Position numbers and translations under genes: made by a program
Part shown: positions 38,294 to 47,577 of the stretch, one piece after another
Numbering within the stretch: position 1 is the first letter of the stretch
Layout: every line of letters begins with the position of its first letter
Source of the DNA: a virus
IMG/VR virus record: IMGVR_UViG_3300028535_000001
Direction: 5' to 3' (one strand)
DNA length: 64,000 nt
The notes under the pieces: generated by a model
Databases searched by the model: none
Told to the model about the DNA's origin: nothing
What the model saw: the letters and a program-made list of their open reading frames with translations, nothing else

Positions 38294-38601
38294 ATTTTAT
38301 AAAACGTATATTTAACTGTTAATTCTTCCCACACTTTTATAGGTCGTTCAGTATATAAAAAATACTTATTATAGTCTTCAACATCTTCACGCCCTAATAC
38401 ACCTCTCACCTTTATACAATTTGGTTTATCACTATGATTGATAAAACCACCTAACGGTGTTCTTATAAGTTCATCTTTAACAACTATATGTGATAATCCT
38501 AAATTAGTATCTTTCTCAATAAATTTTGTTGTAAATATTCCTTGACCCTCTATAGAAGATTTTTGAATTATTAATCCGTCTGGTAATGGTTCATACGTCA
38601 T
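38290..38601 (-). CDS. SET-domain protein
   Basis: SSIEGQGIF..FINHSDKPN..EELTVKY. Confidence 0.85.
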   Translation of the reverse strand: MTYEPLPDGLIIQKSSIEGQGIFTTKFIEKDTNLGLSHIVVKDELIRTPLGGFINHSDKPNCIKVRGVLGREDVEDYNKYFLYTERPIKVWEELTVKYTFYKI

Positions 38602-38861
38602 TATAGTACATCACCTTTGAAATTTATCTTACCTTCTTCTACAAAATACTCTAACAGTTGGTTATAACCACCAACTAATTGCTCGTCTATCTTCACCTGT
38701 GGCATTGATTTTACTTTTTTACCAATGTCCTTTAACATAGCGTCAACAGACGAAAAATCTTCCATCTTTTTTTCTGTGTATTCAAGGCCAAGCTTAGTTA
38801 AAAGTTCTTTGGCCTTGGTACAAAAGTGACAATTGTTTTTACTGTATATTACTATTTTCAT
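38601..38861 (-). CDS. Glutaredoxin (NrdC-like)
   Basis: CHFC, SMPQV, GGY. Confidence 0.9.
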   Translation of the reverse strand: MKIVIYSKNNCHFCTKAKELLTKLGLEYTEKKMEDFSSVDAMLKDIGKKVKSMPQVKIDEQLVGGYNQLLEYFVEEGKINFKGDVL

Positions 38862-39459
38862 TGGATTCTTTCATTAAGTTTTCGTAAGCTACGTCTGCTT
38901 TCATCTTAACGTTATAAGAATCTACAGCTTCTGAAATAGTGAAATTATACATTTTATTGTATTCACCCATTGGCAATCTTAAGCCAATCCAAGCTCTGTA
39001 ATATCCATTTTTAGTCATTGTGACATCTTTAGCAAAGATTTCATAACCTCTAACTGGTGTTTCTTTAATTAAGTTTACTATTGTAGACTCAACCTCTGAT
39101 ACAGTTGTCTTGTTATTATTCTTTCCTAGTTCAGTTATGAATTGTTTGCTAGACTTATTCATTTCGCCTTTGATAATGTCGGCTAACTCTGCTTTTGCTA
39201 TCATCATACCTTTTTCTATTGCTAGATTTAAGTCTGGCGATACAGCAGTACCAACTCCAAAGATACACATTTTATCTTTTTCTTTACCAAATCTTGGCGT
39301 GGCACATGCTTTTGATTCAGAAAAATCGGCCATGTACCATTTTGGTACTTGATTTAACACTTTGCCTTTTTCTGATTTTATTTGATAATTAGAAGAACAA
39401 TTGGAAATCAATAGTCCTAATAATACAACTCCTACGAGTTTTATCGTTTTTTTCATCAT
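38839..39459 (-). CDS. Lipoprotein (LPP20-like)
   Basis: Lipobox ISNC; VPKWY; AKAELA. Confidence 0.7.
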   Translation of the reverse strand: MMKKTIKLVGVVLLGLLISNCSSNYQIKSEKGKVLNQVPKWYMADFSESKACATPRFGKEKDKMCIFGVGTAVSPDLNLAIEKGMMIAKAELADIIKGEMNKSSKQFITELGKNNNKTTVSEVESTIVNLIKETPVRGYEIFAKDVTMTKNGYYRAWIGLRLPMGEYNKMYNFTISEAVDSYNVKMKADVAYENLMKESNENSNIQ

Positions 39460-39485
39460 ATATTTTAATTTACCTCACTCTTAAT

Positions 39486-39514
39486 AGAATACACCATTTC
39501 GCCTAATTTGTCAA
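39486..39514 (-). promoter_or_regulatory. Sigma70-type promoter
   Basis: TTGACA-17nt-TATTCT. Confidence 0.7.
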
Positions 39515-39601
39515 GTCCCATTTGTACATAGTCCAAAAACTCACCAGCTGAAATTCCAGTGATTACTACGAATAAGAGAGATAAAATGATTAAGTTTTTA
39601 A

Positions 39602-40123
39602 TCATTGTTTTACCTTCCATTCACCGTCCTTATTTAAACATGTTTTTCCGAACGACTTAAAAACATGATTTTTTCTACTATACCAACGGCAATACTCTGG
39701 TGTTGCAACGTCTCTATAGTAAAACTGAGCAAACAGTTCCCAATAACTAGGACCGTCTACTTTCTTCCTACCATCAGCACATTCAAGGGTTTCTTCTTTT
39801 ATTATATTATTGCCTTGTTGCTTGATAATAATTTTTACATAACAATATTGATCGGCGGCATTTTTTGGTTCAATTGTCGTGATCTTATCGTAATAAACCT
39901 TACCTTTTTCTTTTTCAACTTGTTCAATCTTCTCTAATACTTCAATAGTTTTTTCTACTGTAGATGATACTTCTGTAGATGATATTACTTTTACCTCTGA
40001 TATTGGTAAAACATTGCCTGTTAAATCAGCTGTCACTCCTTCAACATCTGATTTTGCAACATCGGTTAACATCAATATAGAAAAGGCCATAATCGTGGCC
40101 ATTAAAAATTCTTTTTTATTCAT
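39602..40123 (-). CDS. Exported hypothetical protein
   Basis: MNKKEFL signal peptide after AGGAG; 4 Cys. Confidence 0.6.
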   Translation of the reverse strand: MNKKEFLMATIMAFSILMLTDVAKSDVEGVTADLTGNVLPISEVKVISSTEVSSTVEKTIEVLEKIEQVEKEKGKVYYDKITTIEPKNAADQYCYVKIIIKQQGNNIIKEETLECADGRKKVDGPSYWELFAQFYYRDVATPEYCRWYSRKNHVFKSFGKTCLNKDGEWKVKQ

Positions 40124-40346
40124 TTCTCTCCTTGTACATAAAATAACCACCCATAACTATACCTGCAAGGATTATAGTTCTTAATTCTATAGGTGCTGAC
40201 CAAAATATTTCAAATATTTCTATCAATTTCTATTCCAATCTAATTTTTGTACTAACGGAATCATTATATTTGGATCCGGAAATACTTTTTTGTTTATTTT
40301 GTTAACTGATATAGTTAACCAAACTAACATTGCTATTATTACACAC

Positions 40347-40529
40347 TTAGCTAATATGTCTACTTGTTTCGTCATTTGCTCCTAACTTTGTTAATGTATC
40401 ATTAATTTCATAAAGTTCGTCATTTAAAGTATTTGTTTCACCTGAAAATTCCATTTCGTCCTTTATTTCATCTTTTCTTTTTTTAAGATTTTGTACTGTT
40501 GTATTATTCGCCATAATTTCCTTTATCAC
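40347..40529 (-). CDS. Hypothetical protein
   Basis: Short coiled-coil ORF. Confidence 0.5.
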   Translation of the reverse strand: MIKEIMANNTTVQNLKKRKDEIKDEMEFSGETNTLNDELYEINDTLTKLGANDETSRHIS

Positions 40530-40731
40530 TTGCTACAAGTTTACATTGTGATTGTATATCTACTATCATATTGTCAACTTCAGCGTCACGCTCTGGTGAC
40601 TTTGTTTTATTATATTTTGTTTCATATAATCTATCACTAATGACTTTTATACCATTAATCTTTTTGCATAGTTCACTTACTTTATGTATCATTGTTTTAA
40701 CTCCACCCAACGTCCATCTGGTAATTGACAA
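40504..40731 (-). CDS. Hypothetical protein
   Basis: ORF; true start likely MIHK. Confidence 0.5.
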   Translation of the reverse strand: MSITRWTLGGVKTMIHKVSELCKKINGIKVISDRLYETKYNKTKSPERDAEVDNMIVDIQSQCKLVASDKGNYGE

Positions 40732-41168
40732 GCAGTACCAAATATAACTTCTCTATTAACACCGCCTATACCAATTAATGGCCATCTATTTGTTATATCC
40801 ACTGTAGCGTCATATTCTTTACACTTAAACGGTCCTTCCATATAAGATCGTGTAATTTTAATTATGCCTGAATTTCCTGTTTTACTATTATACCAATTAG
40901 TATATGAAGAACCATTAATACCATTGTTTAAATGATCTACGAATACAGCATTGTGTACATCGTAGTCTGAATTATACATAATTTCTGCACCGGCAAATGC
41001 ACCAACTAAAGTACAACCAGCGACAACATAGGGATCACTTACTCCCATTTCAAGACATGCACCAGTGGTTGTTGTAGCACCTAAAACTGCTCCTACTTGT
41101 GATCTATTTGTAGAAGCACAATTTGTAAGTGCTAAACCGATTAATAATATTAGTATATTTCTAATCAT
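40689..41168 (-). CDS. Rickettsia 17-kDa surface antigen-like glycine-zipper lipoprotein
   Basis: Lipobox LTNC, Gly zipper, WYNSKTGNSG, CKEY, GTACQLPDGRW. Confidence 0.8.
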   Translation of the reverse strand: MIRNILILLIGLALTNCASTNRSQVGAVLGATTTTGACLEMGVSDPYVVAGCTLVGAFAGAEIMYNSDYDVHNAVFVDHLNNGINGSSYTNWYNSKTGNSGIIKITRSYMEGPFKCKEYDATVDITNRWPLIGIGGVNREVIFGTACQLPDGRWVELKQ

Positions 41169-41458
41169 TACTGTTTTATATTAAACAATCCTTTTATTTG
41201 GTCTATTGTTTTAGCTAATTGAATTTTACCCTTAGCCCAATTTTCTTTTTGGAACTTTTTAGTTTTTTCAATTTCCATAGACAAGTGATTACCAATCTTC
41301 ATTGGAACCTCTGAAACTGACTTACCAAATTCTTTTAGTGTCACTTTAGTGTTCTCATCACTTTTTGCCATAGTTGCTGTCATTAAACCAATTATGGTCA
41401 TTAACATCATCATTGTTCTCATCTTTCCTCTTTCTTTGGTTATTATATTTGTTCTCAT
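41168..41458 (-). CDS. Exported hypothetical protein
   Basis: Signal-peptide-like segment. Confidence 0.55.
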   Translation of the reverse strand: MRTNIITKERGKMRTMMMLMTIIGLMTATMAKSDENTKVTLKEFGKSVSEVPMKIGNHLSMEIEKTKKFQKENWAKGKIQLAKTIDQIKGLFNIKQ

Positions 41459-41593
41459 ATAATTAGTTAAACACTTTTATTAAAATTATGGTTTGCATAA
41501 TTAACAACACAATTGGAAGTATAGTTCTAATTAATTCCATTATGTGATTATACTCATCTAATTTTCTTTCTAATTTATTTCTTTTCTTTTTCA

Positions 41594-41980
41594 TTAATAC
41601 CAATCCCTTTGAATTTTTTCTGTTTTCTTCGTAGTTGTCAATCCTGATTTAGATTCTCCAAGGTCTGTAGCTTCATGTTCTCTTTTTTCTTGTCCCATTT
41701 TTTCTGCATAAGTCATTCCAAATACTGTCTTATAAAAATGGTCTCTAGGATTTGTTGATCTATAAGCTATCTCTAAATTATCAAAGTTAATATTAACATG
41801 TTCATAATAATGTGGTTTGTCTATTTTTAGTTCTTTATGATCTACACAAAATTTAATTCTATTTGTGAAATAATCGTTTTCTTTGGCGTCTTGGTCTTTT
41901 AATTTGGACAAAGCAATGTCTTTTTTCTTTGCCTCTGCAAATTCTTTGTATAAATTATCTTTATCGTATCTAAAACTCAT
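41594..41980 (-). CDS. Hypothetical early protein
   Basis: First gene after promoter 42014-42042. Confidence 0.6.
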   Translation of the reverse strand: MSFRYDKDNLYKEFAEAKKKDIALSKLKDQDAKENDYFTNRIKFCVDHKELKIDKPHYYEHVNINFDNLEIAYRSTNPRDHFYKTVFGMTYAEKMGQEKREHEATDLGESKSGLTTTKKTEKIQRDWY

Positions 41981-42013
41981 AGTAATCCTTCCGTTATATT
42001 GTTTATTCTCATT

Positions 42014-42042
42014 AGGCTATCAGGAACCCTTGTAAATGGCAA
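42014..42042 (-). promoter_or_regulatory. Sigma70-type promoter
   Basis: TTGCCA-17nt-TAGCCT with extended TG. Confidence 0.55.
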
Positions 42043-42130
42043 CCCTACAAGAAACACTGTATTTACTTGTTTTTTCACTCCTGGAAAGCGCCAGGACACG
42101 CCAGGAACGCTTTTTCTCGCTGTCTGCATA

Positions 42131-42355
42131 CTAGAGTACCCCCTCTCCAAAAGGTAATACTAGCTGTTTCGCAACTTGTGGTTGCACTTTATCTAGTCTA
42201 TTTCCAAGATTTTTAAGTCTTGCCGGTAACACTTTAGTTATATTACAATAGGTACAACATACATCTTTTCCAAGTGGTGTTGGATTATGGTAATCCATAC
42301 CATTATCAATTTCTATTTCGCATATACAACACTTCATTTGTTTTTTCGCTTTCAT
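42131..42355 (-). CDS. Small zinc-finger protein
   Basis: CCIC..HNPTP..CCTYC. Confidence 0.65.
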   Translation of the reverse strand: MKAKKQMKCCICEIEIDNGMDYHNPTPLGKDVCCTYCNITKVLPARLKNLGNRLDKVQPQVAKQLVLPFGEGVL

Positions 42356-42367
42356 ATTTTACTCCTA

Positions 42368-42559
42368 TTAAAAATCAGTTAGTTCGCCATCAACATTTTG
42401 TCTAATATATTCTTCAACTGCCTCAATGTCTTTTTGATATTCGCCTATCTTCTCATCAATCAGCTTATGTGTTGGTTTAAATACTATATTCTCTGGTAGA
42501 CTCTTCTTAATCTCTTTTAGGTCTGCAAGTGGTCTATCTAAATCGTGACTTGTTGCCAT
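42368..42559 (-). CDS. Hypothetical protein
   Basis: AAGGAG SD before MATSHD. Confidence 0.55.
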   Translation of the reverse strand: MATSHDLDRPLADLKEIKKSLPENIVFKPTHKLIDEKIGEYQKDIEAVEEYIRQNVDGELTDF

Positions 42560-42560
42560 A

Positions 42561-42932
42561 TTATTCTCCTTCTTGTGGTTCATATGAAACAGTATTAATC
42601 TGAGTCTCCGGATAGCGGCCGGATAATTCACGCTTATGGCGAGACTCGCCGTCCTCAAATGGTGTTGTTGCGTCTTCACTACTCATTAATAATATTACAT
42701 AATGTATAGCTTTTAATAAATCTTTTCTATTTCTACCATTTTTCTTACCAAATCTAGCAAGATATTTAATTGCATTGGCTTGGCAAAAATCTTTATCAAT
42801 ACCTACTGATCTTAACAAATCTTGTACCTGAAAACCTTCGTCACCTGTAGCGTTAGATACATAATGTTGACCATATGTTGATTTAATGTAATCTGTTATT
42901 TCTTTTATAATTTTATCTTCGTTATATTTCAT
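42561..42932 (-). CDS. DUF3310-like phage protein
   Basis: YIKSTYGQHY..FCQANAIKYLARFGKK..DLLKAIHY. Confidence 0.75.
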   Translation of the reverse strand: MKYNEDKIIKEITDYIKSTYGQHYVSNATGDEGFQVQDLLRSVGIDKDFCQANAIKYLARFGKKNGRNRKDLLKAIHYVILLMSSEDATTPFEDGESRHKRELSGRYPETQINTVSYEPQEGE

Positions 42933-42943
42933 ATCCTCTTTCT

Positions 42944-43204
42944 TTACCATTGCCAAATATTCGCTGTCAATATTAAAATTAACATCGCTGGCACAACTAT
43001 TGTCATTGGCCAAAACTCTAAAAATTGTAGCCAAAGTGGTGGTTGTTTATTTTGTTTTTTTATATCTCTTTTAATTTCCATAATTAGATTATGAAGTGGT
43101 TCGCCTTTTTGAAAATTAGGAAAATCCAAATCACTCAATAGTTTCACTTGATTATATGCCTCTAATACAGTTGTCTTTTTTAGTTCAACGTTTACAGTTT
43201 TCAC
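42944..43204 (-). CDS. C-terminally anchored membrane protein
   Basis: Hydrophobic C-terminus. Confidence 0.55.
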   Translation of the reverse strand: MKTVNVELKKTTVLEAYNQVKLLSDLDFPNFQKGEPLHNLIMEIKRDIKKQNKQPPLWLQFLEFWPMTIVVPAMLILILTANIWQW

Positions 43205-43716
43205 TATTTACCTAACTGACTTTCTGCTTCTAAATTATTTGAAACATCAACATCAGATTCTTCTTTAGTTCCATAAACAACTTTTTCTAAATCGCCTAAT
43301 GGATCCATTTCTTTTTCTTTTTCAACAACTTCGCCCTTGTCATTAATGACATCGGTTTCTAAAGCATATGTGTCTAGTTCAACATCGCCATTTTCTTTGG
43401 CATTTTCTAAACCATCATAATCGTCATAAACTACTTTAGCAACATATTCAGTATCACCTGATTCTGTATAGTTGGCGTCTACCATATGTGTTTCAACACC
43501 GCCTTTTTCTTCTGCTAAGTCTTTACCTATGTTTGAATAGTTAATACCTGCGTCTGAAAGCAATGTATCTGCCTCATCTTGGTTTTTCGCTAATACATCT
43601 TGCTCTATGCATAATGTATAGTAAGTTTTTTTTCTGTATAGGTTTTTACCTATATCGTCTTGACCAATATATTGGTCTGTTATATCATGTTTACTCATTA
43701 TTGTACCTTTCTCCAC
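43204..43716 (-). CDS. Acidic hypothetical early protein
   Basis: D/E-rich ORF. Confidence 0.6.
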   Translation of the reverse strand: MEKGTIMSKHDITDQYIGQDDIGKNLYRKKTYYTLCIEQDVLAKNQDEADTLLSDAGINYSNIGKDLAEEKGGVETHMVDANYTESGDTEYVAKVVYDDYDGLENAKENGDVELDTYALETDVINDKGEVVEKEKEMDPLGDLEKVVYGTKEESDVDVSNNLEAESQLGK

Positions 43717-44210
43717 GCATATTTTGTATTTTTGATCTTACTTTTAGTAAGTTTAGGATTATAATCCTTTCTTAATGATTGTCTGGCATATGCTTGACCA
43801 TAATCATTAAATAAATCTTTATTACCTCTAGCTGTTTCACCAAATACATCTTCATATGTTTGGTAATATTTCTTTTGACTAATCAACTGTACTTTAGTTG
43901 TTTTAGCAAAATTAGAAGCTGTTTCTTTATAATTCCAATCTAAAAATTTAACAATCTTTAATTTCATATTATCATTAAAGTATTTCTTAAACTTATTAGG
44001 TACATTTCTATATACAGTTTCATATGCATAGAAATAATCACCTTCTTGTTCTGAATCCATATATTCTCTTAAATAACATACGTTAAAAGTTGTACCGTTA
44101 ACAACATCACTTAAAGATTTCCCTTCAACAAATATAGCTGGATCGCTATTAACAAATTTATCTGGTTTAGTATTCAATTTTAGTACCTCCGTTTTTAGTG
44201 TAATCTGCAA
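43698..44210 (-). CDS. Hypothetical early protein
   Basis: ORF in early cassette; start uncertain. Confidence 0.55.
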   Translation of the reverse strand: MQITLKTEVLKLNTKPDKFVNSDPAIFVEGKSLSDVVNGTTFNVCYLREYMDSEQEGDYFYAYETVYRNVPNKFKKYFNDNMKLKIVKFLDWNYKETASNFAKTTKVQLISQKKYYQTYEDVFGETARGNKDLFNDYGQAYARQSLRKDYNPKLTKSKIKNTKYAWRKVQ

Positions 44211-44442
44211 TTACTTTTCCTGAAATTGCGTCAACATAACAAAATATGTTAGTGTCATTTTTAAAATCATCTATAACTTCATCAATATTGTATTCATCAA
44301 TACCGATTAAATTGATATTTCCTGCATTTAATATTAAATTTTTTGCAACTGTTGAATTGTAAACACCAGCTTTGAATTTTGCAAGTATTTTATCTACATT
44401 GCTTTCTGCTGTGTCTGTAGCCCATTGTTTTACTTTACTCAT
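44167..44442 (-). CDS. Hypothetical early protein
   Basis: MSKVKQWA; AAAGGATACACTAATG leader. Confidence 0.65.
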   Translation of the reverse strand: MSKVKQWATDTAESNVDKILAKFKAGVYNSTVAKNLILNAGNINLIGIDEYNIDEVIDDFKNDTNIFCYVDAISGKVIADYTKNGGTKIEY

Positions 44443-44469
44443 TAGTGTATCCTTTGTTATTATTGGTTA

Positions 44470-44498
44470 ATCCTATCATACTATTTGACGTTTGGCAA
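44470..44498 (-). promoter_or_regulatory. Sigma70-type promoter
   Basis: TTGCCA-17nt-TAGGAT with extended TG. Confidence 0.65.
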
Positions 44499-44626
44499 CT
44501 AGTTTTTTTAAGTGGGCTTTCGTTCCTTTCGTTGTTTTTACTCTGAAAACCACATAAAGGGAAAACTAAAACATTTCTAGAAAGCCCAAAGTTTCCGGTC
44601 GCCTTTATTGTGAAATTCATACTACT

Positions 44627-44654
44627 ATCCTATCAGTCCTGGCGAGAAAGTCAA
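44627..44654 (-). promoter_or_regulatory. Sigma70-type promoter
   Basis: TTGACT-16nt-TAGGAT with extended TG and A-tract UP element. Confidence 0.65.
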
Positions 44655-44694
44655 GCACTTTTTTTACTTTTTTTACTAGTATTTACTTGTGTTT

Positions 44695-44709
44695 GTTCTG
44701 GTTTTGTTC
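44695..44709. promoter_or_regulatory. LexA-type box GTTC-N7-GTTC
   Basis: GTTCtggttttGTTC upstream of the tandem early promoters. Confidence 0.6.
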
Positions 44710-45377
44710 TATTTCCAGTTGTCTTCAACCCATTTCTGCTTTGATTCGTGTGGGTTAGGTTTACCATGAAAGACAGCCACTTTTGTGTTTGACTTTCTTT
44801 CAAATGTCCACTCTGATTGGTGTATTCTTGGTTTCTCTCTATCGTACCACTTGTATGAGAAAGTCCAATCGTCTGGCATAATCTTTAGATGTGGTGATTC
44901 ATGCATAATTAAGCTAATCACCTGTTGATCGCCTTGGTTTCTACTCATACTGGTTTCATCGTTCTTAAATGATTTCCATATATGTTCAGCTGTGATATTA
45001 TTGAATTTCATTATACTTGAATTGAAAGATTTACTATTAGGATTAAAATCGTTTATGATACCAAAGGTGTCTTCTTTACCAAACAATGCCATATCGTCTA
45101 TGTTATCTAATATCACTACATCTAAATCAAAGTATAAACAAGTACCTTGTAGGTCGGCCTCATGGCTAAAGAGAGTTAATTTATTCCACCAACCATCATA
45201 TTGGTTAAATGGTAATTTTCTTGTCTCTATATCGTCAATTATTTTTAGTGAAGGGTGGTTCGTATAACAAATAAACTTAAATGGCATAGAAAGGTTCCTT
45301 TTTACCATACTGTATAGTTTATTTACATAGTCTATACTATACTTGTTTCCCCAATATACACATACTATATTAACCAT
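44709..45377 (-). CDS. Glycosyltransferase (GT-A fold)
   Basis: CVYWGNKY..GWWNKL..YFDLDVV (DxD)..NSSIM..GDQ..FHGKPNPHE. Confidence 0.8.
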   Translation of the reverse strand: MVNIVCVYWGNKYSIDYVNKLYSMVKRNLSMPFKFICYTNHPSLKIIDDIETRKLPFNQYDGWWNKLTLFSHEADLQGTCLYFDLDVVILDNIDDMALFGKEDTFGIINDFNPNSKSFNSSIMKFNNITAEHIWKSFKNDETSMSRNQGDQQVISLIMHESPHLKIMPDDWTFSYKWYDREKPRIHQSEWTFERKSNTKVAVFHGKPNPHESKQKWVEDNWK

Positions 45378-45987
45378 CTAACAAGTATCTCACACATATT
45401 GGAAAATGGTCTTTCATATGTTTTGATATATGATGTGTTATCACTCTTGTTTCCACTTGAGCATTTTCTTTATTTCTTAAATTACATACCCTAGCAAATG
45501 CATATAAACTACCTGACCATATCCACTCGGTCATCATACATTGAGGTAATATCATACGTGCCATTTCAGGTGCTATATCGTCTGCTAACATATCATTATA
45601 CATTTCTTCAGCGTCATTTATTATTTTAGTTATGTCATAAGGTACTTCTTCATCACTTGAACCTTGTTTAATATTCTTATCAGGACGTTTTCTCCACATA
45701 AATGGAATATAAAAATGTGGTTTATCATCTACATATCTTCTACTGACTTCGTTCCAAGCCAAACCAACTTGATGTTTAACTAATTGTCTTGCAACAAATA
45801 TTGGTGCCTTAATTCTAAATGACATTGTAGCGTGAGCAAATGGTGACCAATGATTGTGTTCTGCCAAATACTTGATTAACTTCTCATCTTTTTCATCAAG
45901 TATATCTTTTGTTTTTGCAAAAGAAACTCTAGCAGCATTCACTACTGATAGGTCACTACCCATTTTATCTATAAGTTCAACGTTCAT
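45370..45987 (-). CDS. thyX: FAD-dependent thymidylate synthase
   Basis: VVNAARVSF, HWSPF, RQLVKHQ..NEVSRRY, PEMARMILP. Confidence 0.95.
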   Translation of the reverse strand: MNVELIDKMGSDLSVVNAARVSFAKTKDILDEKDEKLIKYLAEHNHWSPFAHATMSFRIKAPIFVARQLVKHQVGLAWNEVSRRYVDDKPHFYIPFMWRKRPDKNIKQGSSDEEVPYDITKIINDAEEMYNDMLADDIAPEMARMILPQCMMTEWIWSGSLYAFARVCNLRNKENAQVETRVITHHISKHMKDHFPICVRYLLDG

Positions 45988-46750
45988 CTTTAAATTTTTT
46001 ATATCTCTTTAAAAACTCCTCTGCTAATTTCTCTTGACCTATTTTGTTAGGGTGTTTATCTAAATCAGATATTTTATGTTTAATATCTAAACAATAACGC
46101 AATGTCCATGATTTTTCTTGGTCATAATACTTGTTAGTAATTACATCACCAGGCCAACCTAGAAAGTTCTTATTCATTCTATTATAATAACCTGTTGATT
46201 GTATTAAAGCTTTAAAGTAATCTGCTTTTGCATTTAAAATTTTACTTCTAAAAGAAAAAAAATTATTTTTTTTTGGATACACCTTGTGATATTGCTCGTG
46301 AAATTTTTTGTTTATGTGTGATCTCCATAAGGAGATCATTTGAAATTGTACATACGGTACATTAAGATGTCTACATAAATTTTGATATGCAAATTGTAAT
46401 CTTATAGATTTTAAAACATGATAATCAAGATCACCTTTTATGTCAAACCAATCATTTCTCCATACCTGTTTCTTGTGAATGGTTTCTGACCAATCACGTC
46501 TATGACCTTGTGACCAGGCAGCCACTACTAAACCTACTCTTGTACTAAAATTAGTTAAGTAATCTGATATACTACTATAAATTTTTTCATTACCTGCACC
46601 TGAAGCTGACAAGTTAACTAAATCCATATTCAATTCCTTAGCAACTAGTTCTGGCCATTTAGGCCAATTACATTCCAATTCAGGATGAAAAGTAGAAATT
46701 AAATCATTAGCTGACCAACTACAACCACTTACTAACATTATATTTTTCAT
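45977..46750 (-). CDS. SGNH/GDSL-like protein
   Basis: SGCSWS, NLSASGAGN, DKHPNKIG. Confidence 0.5.
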   Translation of the reverse strand: MKNIMLVSGCSWSANDLISTFHPELECNWPKWPELVAKELNMDLVNLSASGAGNEKIYSSISDYLTNFSTRVGLVVAAWSQGHRRDWSETIHKKQVWRNDWFDIKGDLDYHVLKSIRLQFAYQNLCRHLNVPYVQFQMISLWRSHINKKFHEQYHKVYPKKNNFFSFRSKILNAKADYFKALIQSTGYYNRMNKNFLGWPGDVITNKYYDQEKSWTLRYCLDIKHKISDLDKHPNKIGQEKLAEEFLKRYKKFKDER

Positions 46751-47577
46751 ATTGTAAATACCTTATTTGGTTGTTTAGATAAAACTTTATAGGCAGTTCC
46801 ATTTTTCATTTCTTCTATTGTAAATTGGTTGTTTGCCAATAATTTCATCCACTCATTTACATTATCTTTTGTAGGTTTTAATGGATCATTTATAAATTGA
46901 ATAAATCTTGTAGATACTGGCCATGCAACGTTTCTACCATCACACACAACAGGCACACCTTCTAATATTGAGTCAATAGCTGATAAACTCATATTGGTAA
47001 TTAAACAATGGCAATCATCTAAATCTTCTTTTATATCTTTACCCCACCATTCATTGTTTGGTCTAGGTTTATATCTAATTCTTATATCTCTATTTGTTAA
47101 TTTTTTTATTTGTGAAATTGCTCTATCTACCCAATCTCCTTGAGTCAGATTATTATGTTTATAAGTTACCGTTTCAGAGGAAGGACATATTAGTATATGA
47201 TCTCCTTCACCACCTTTCCAATTTTCAAATTTAGATGGTAGACCTTTTTTTGCTAATTCTTTTAATCTAACATCACCACCTTTTTTTGATCCTTCTAATG
47301 TGTGTATCTTACCTTTTACAATTCTAAAGTAAGTTTTATCGTAATCGTGTATTTTAGGGATAGGGTATCTTGTAATTGGTTGAGTTAAATAACCAACATC
47401 AACATAGTACCATTCTTGTCCATGTTTTTCTAGTTGTTCAATCTTTGATACGTTATCACCACCTAAACCCCAAAAAAAATGTTGGTCTAAACTTGTTTTT
47501 GGCCAGCCCTTTTCCAAGGCAGGCCAAATTTCGTGGGATAAACAATCAATTTTATCCATTCTATGTGTAAAAATCAT
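46747..47577 (-). CDS. Capsule-biosynthesis/GT-B-like protein
   Basis: YYVDVGY, IRYKPR, SLSAIDSILEGVPV, LANNQFTIEEM. Confidence 0.55.
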   Translation of the reverse strand: MIFTHRMDKIDCLSHEIWPALEKGWPKTSLDQHFFWGLGGDNVSKIEQLEKHGQEWYYVDVGYLTQPITRYPIPKIHDYDKTYFRIVKGKIHTLEGSKKGGDVRLKELAKKGLPSKFENWKGGEGDHILICPSSETVTYKHNNLTQGDWVDRAISQIKKLTNRDIRIRYKPRPNNEWWGKDIKEDLDDCHCLITNMSLSAIDSILEGVPVVCDGRNVAWPVSTRFIQFINDPLKPTKDNVNEWMKLLANNQFTIEEMKNGTAYKVLSKQPNKVFTI

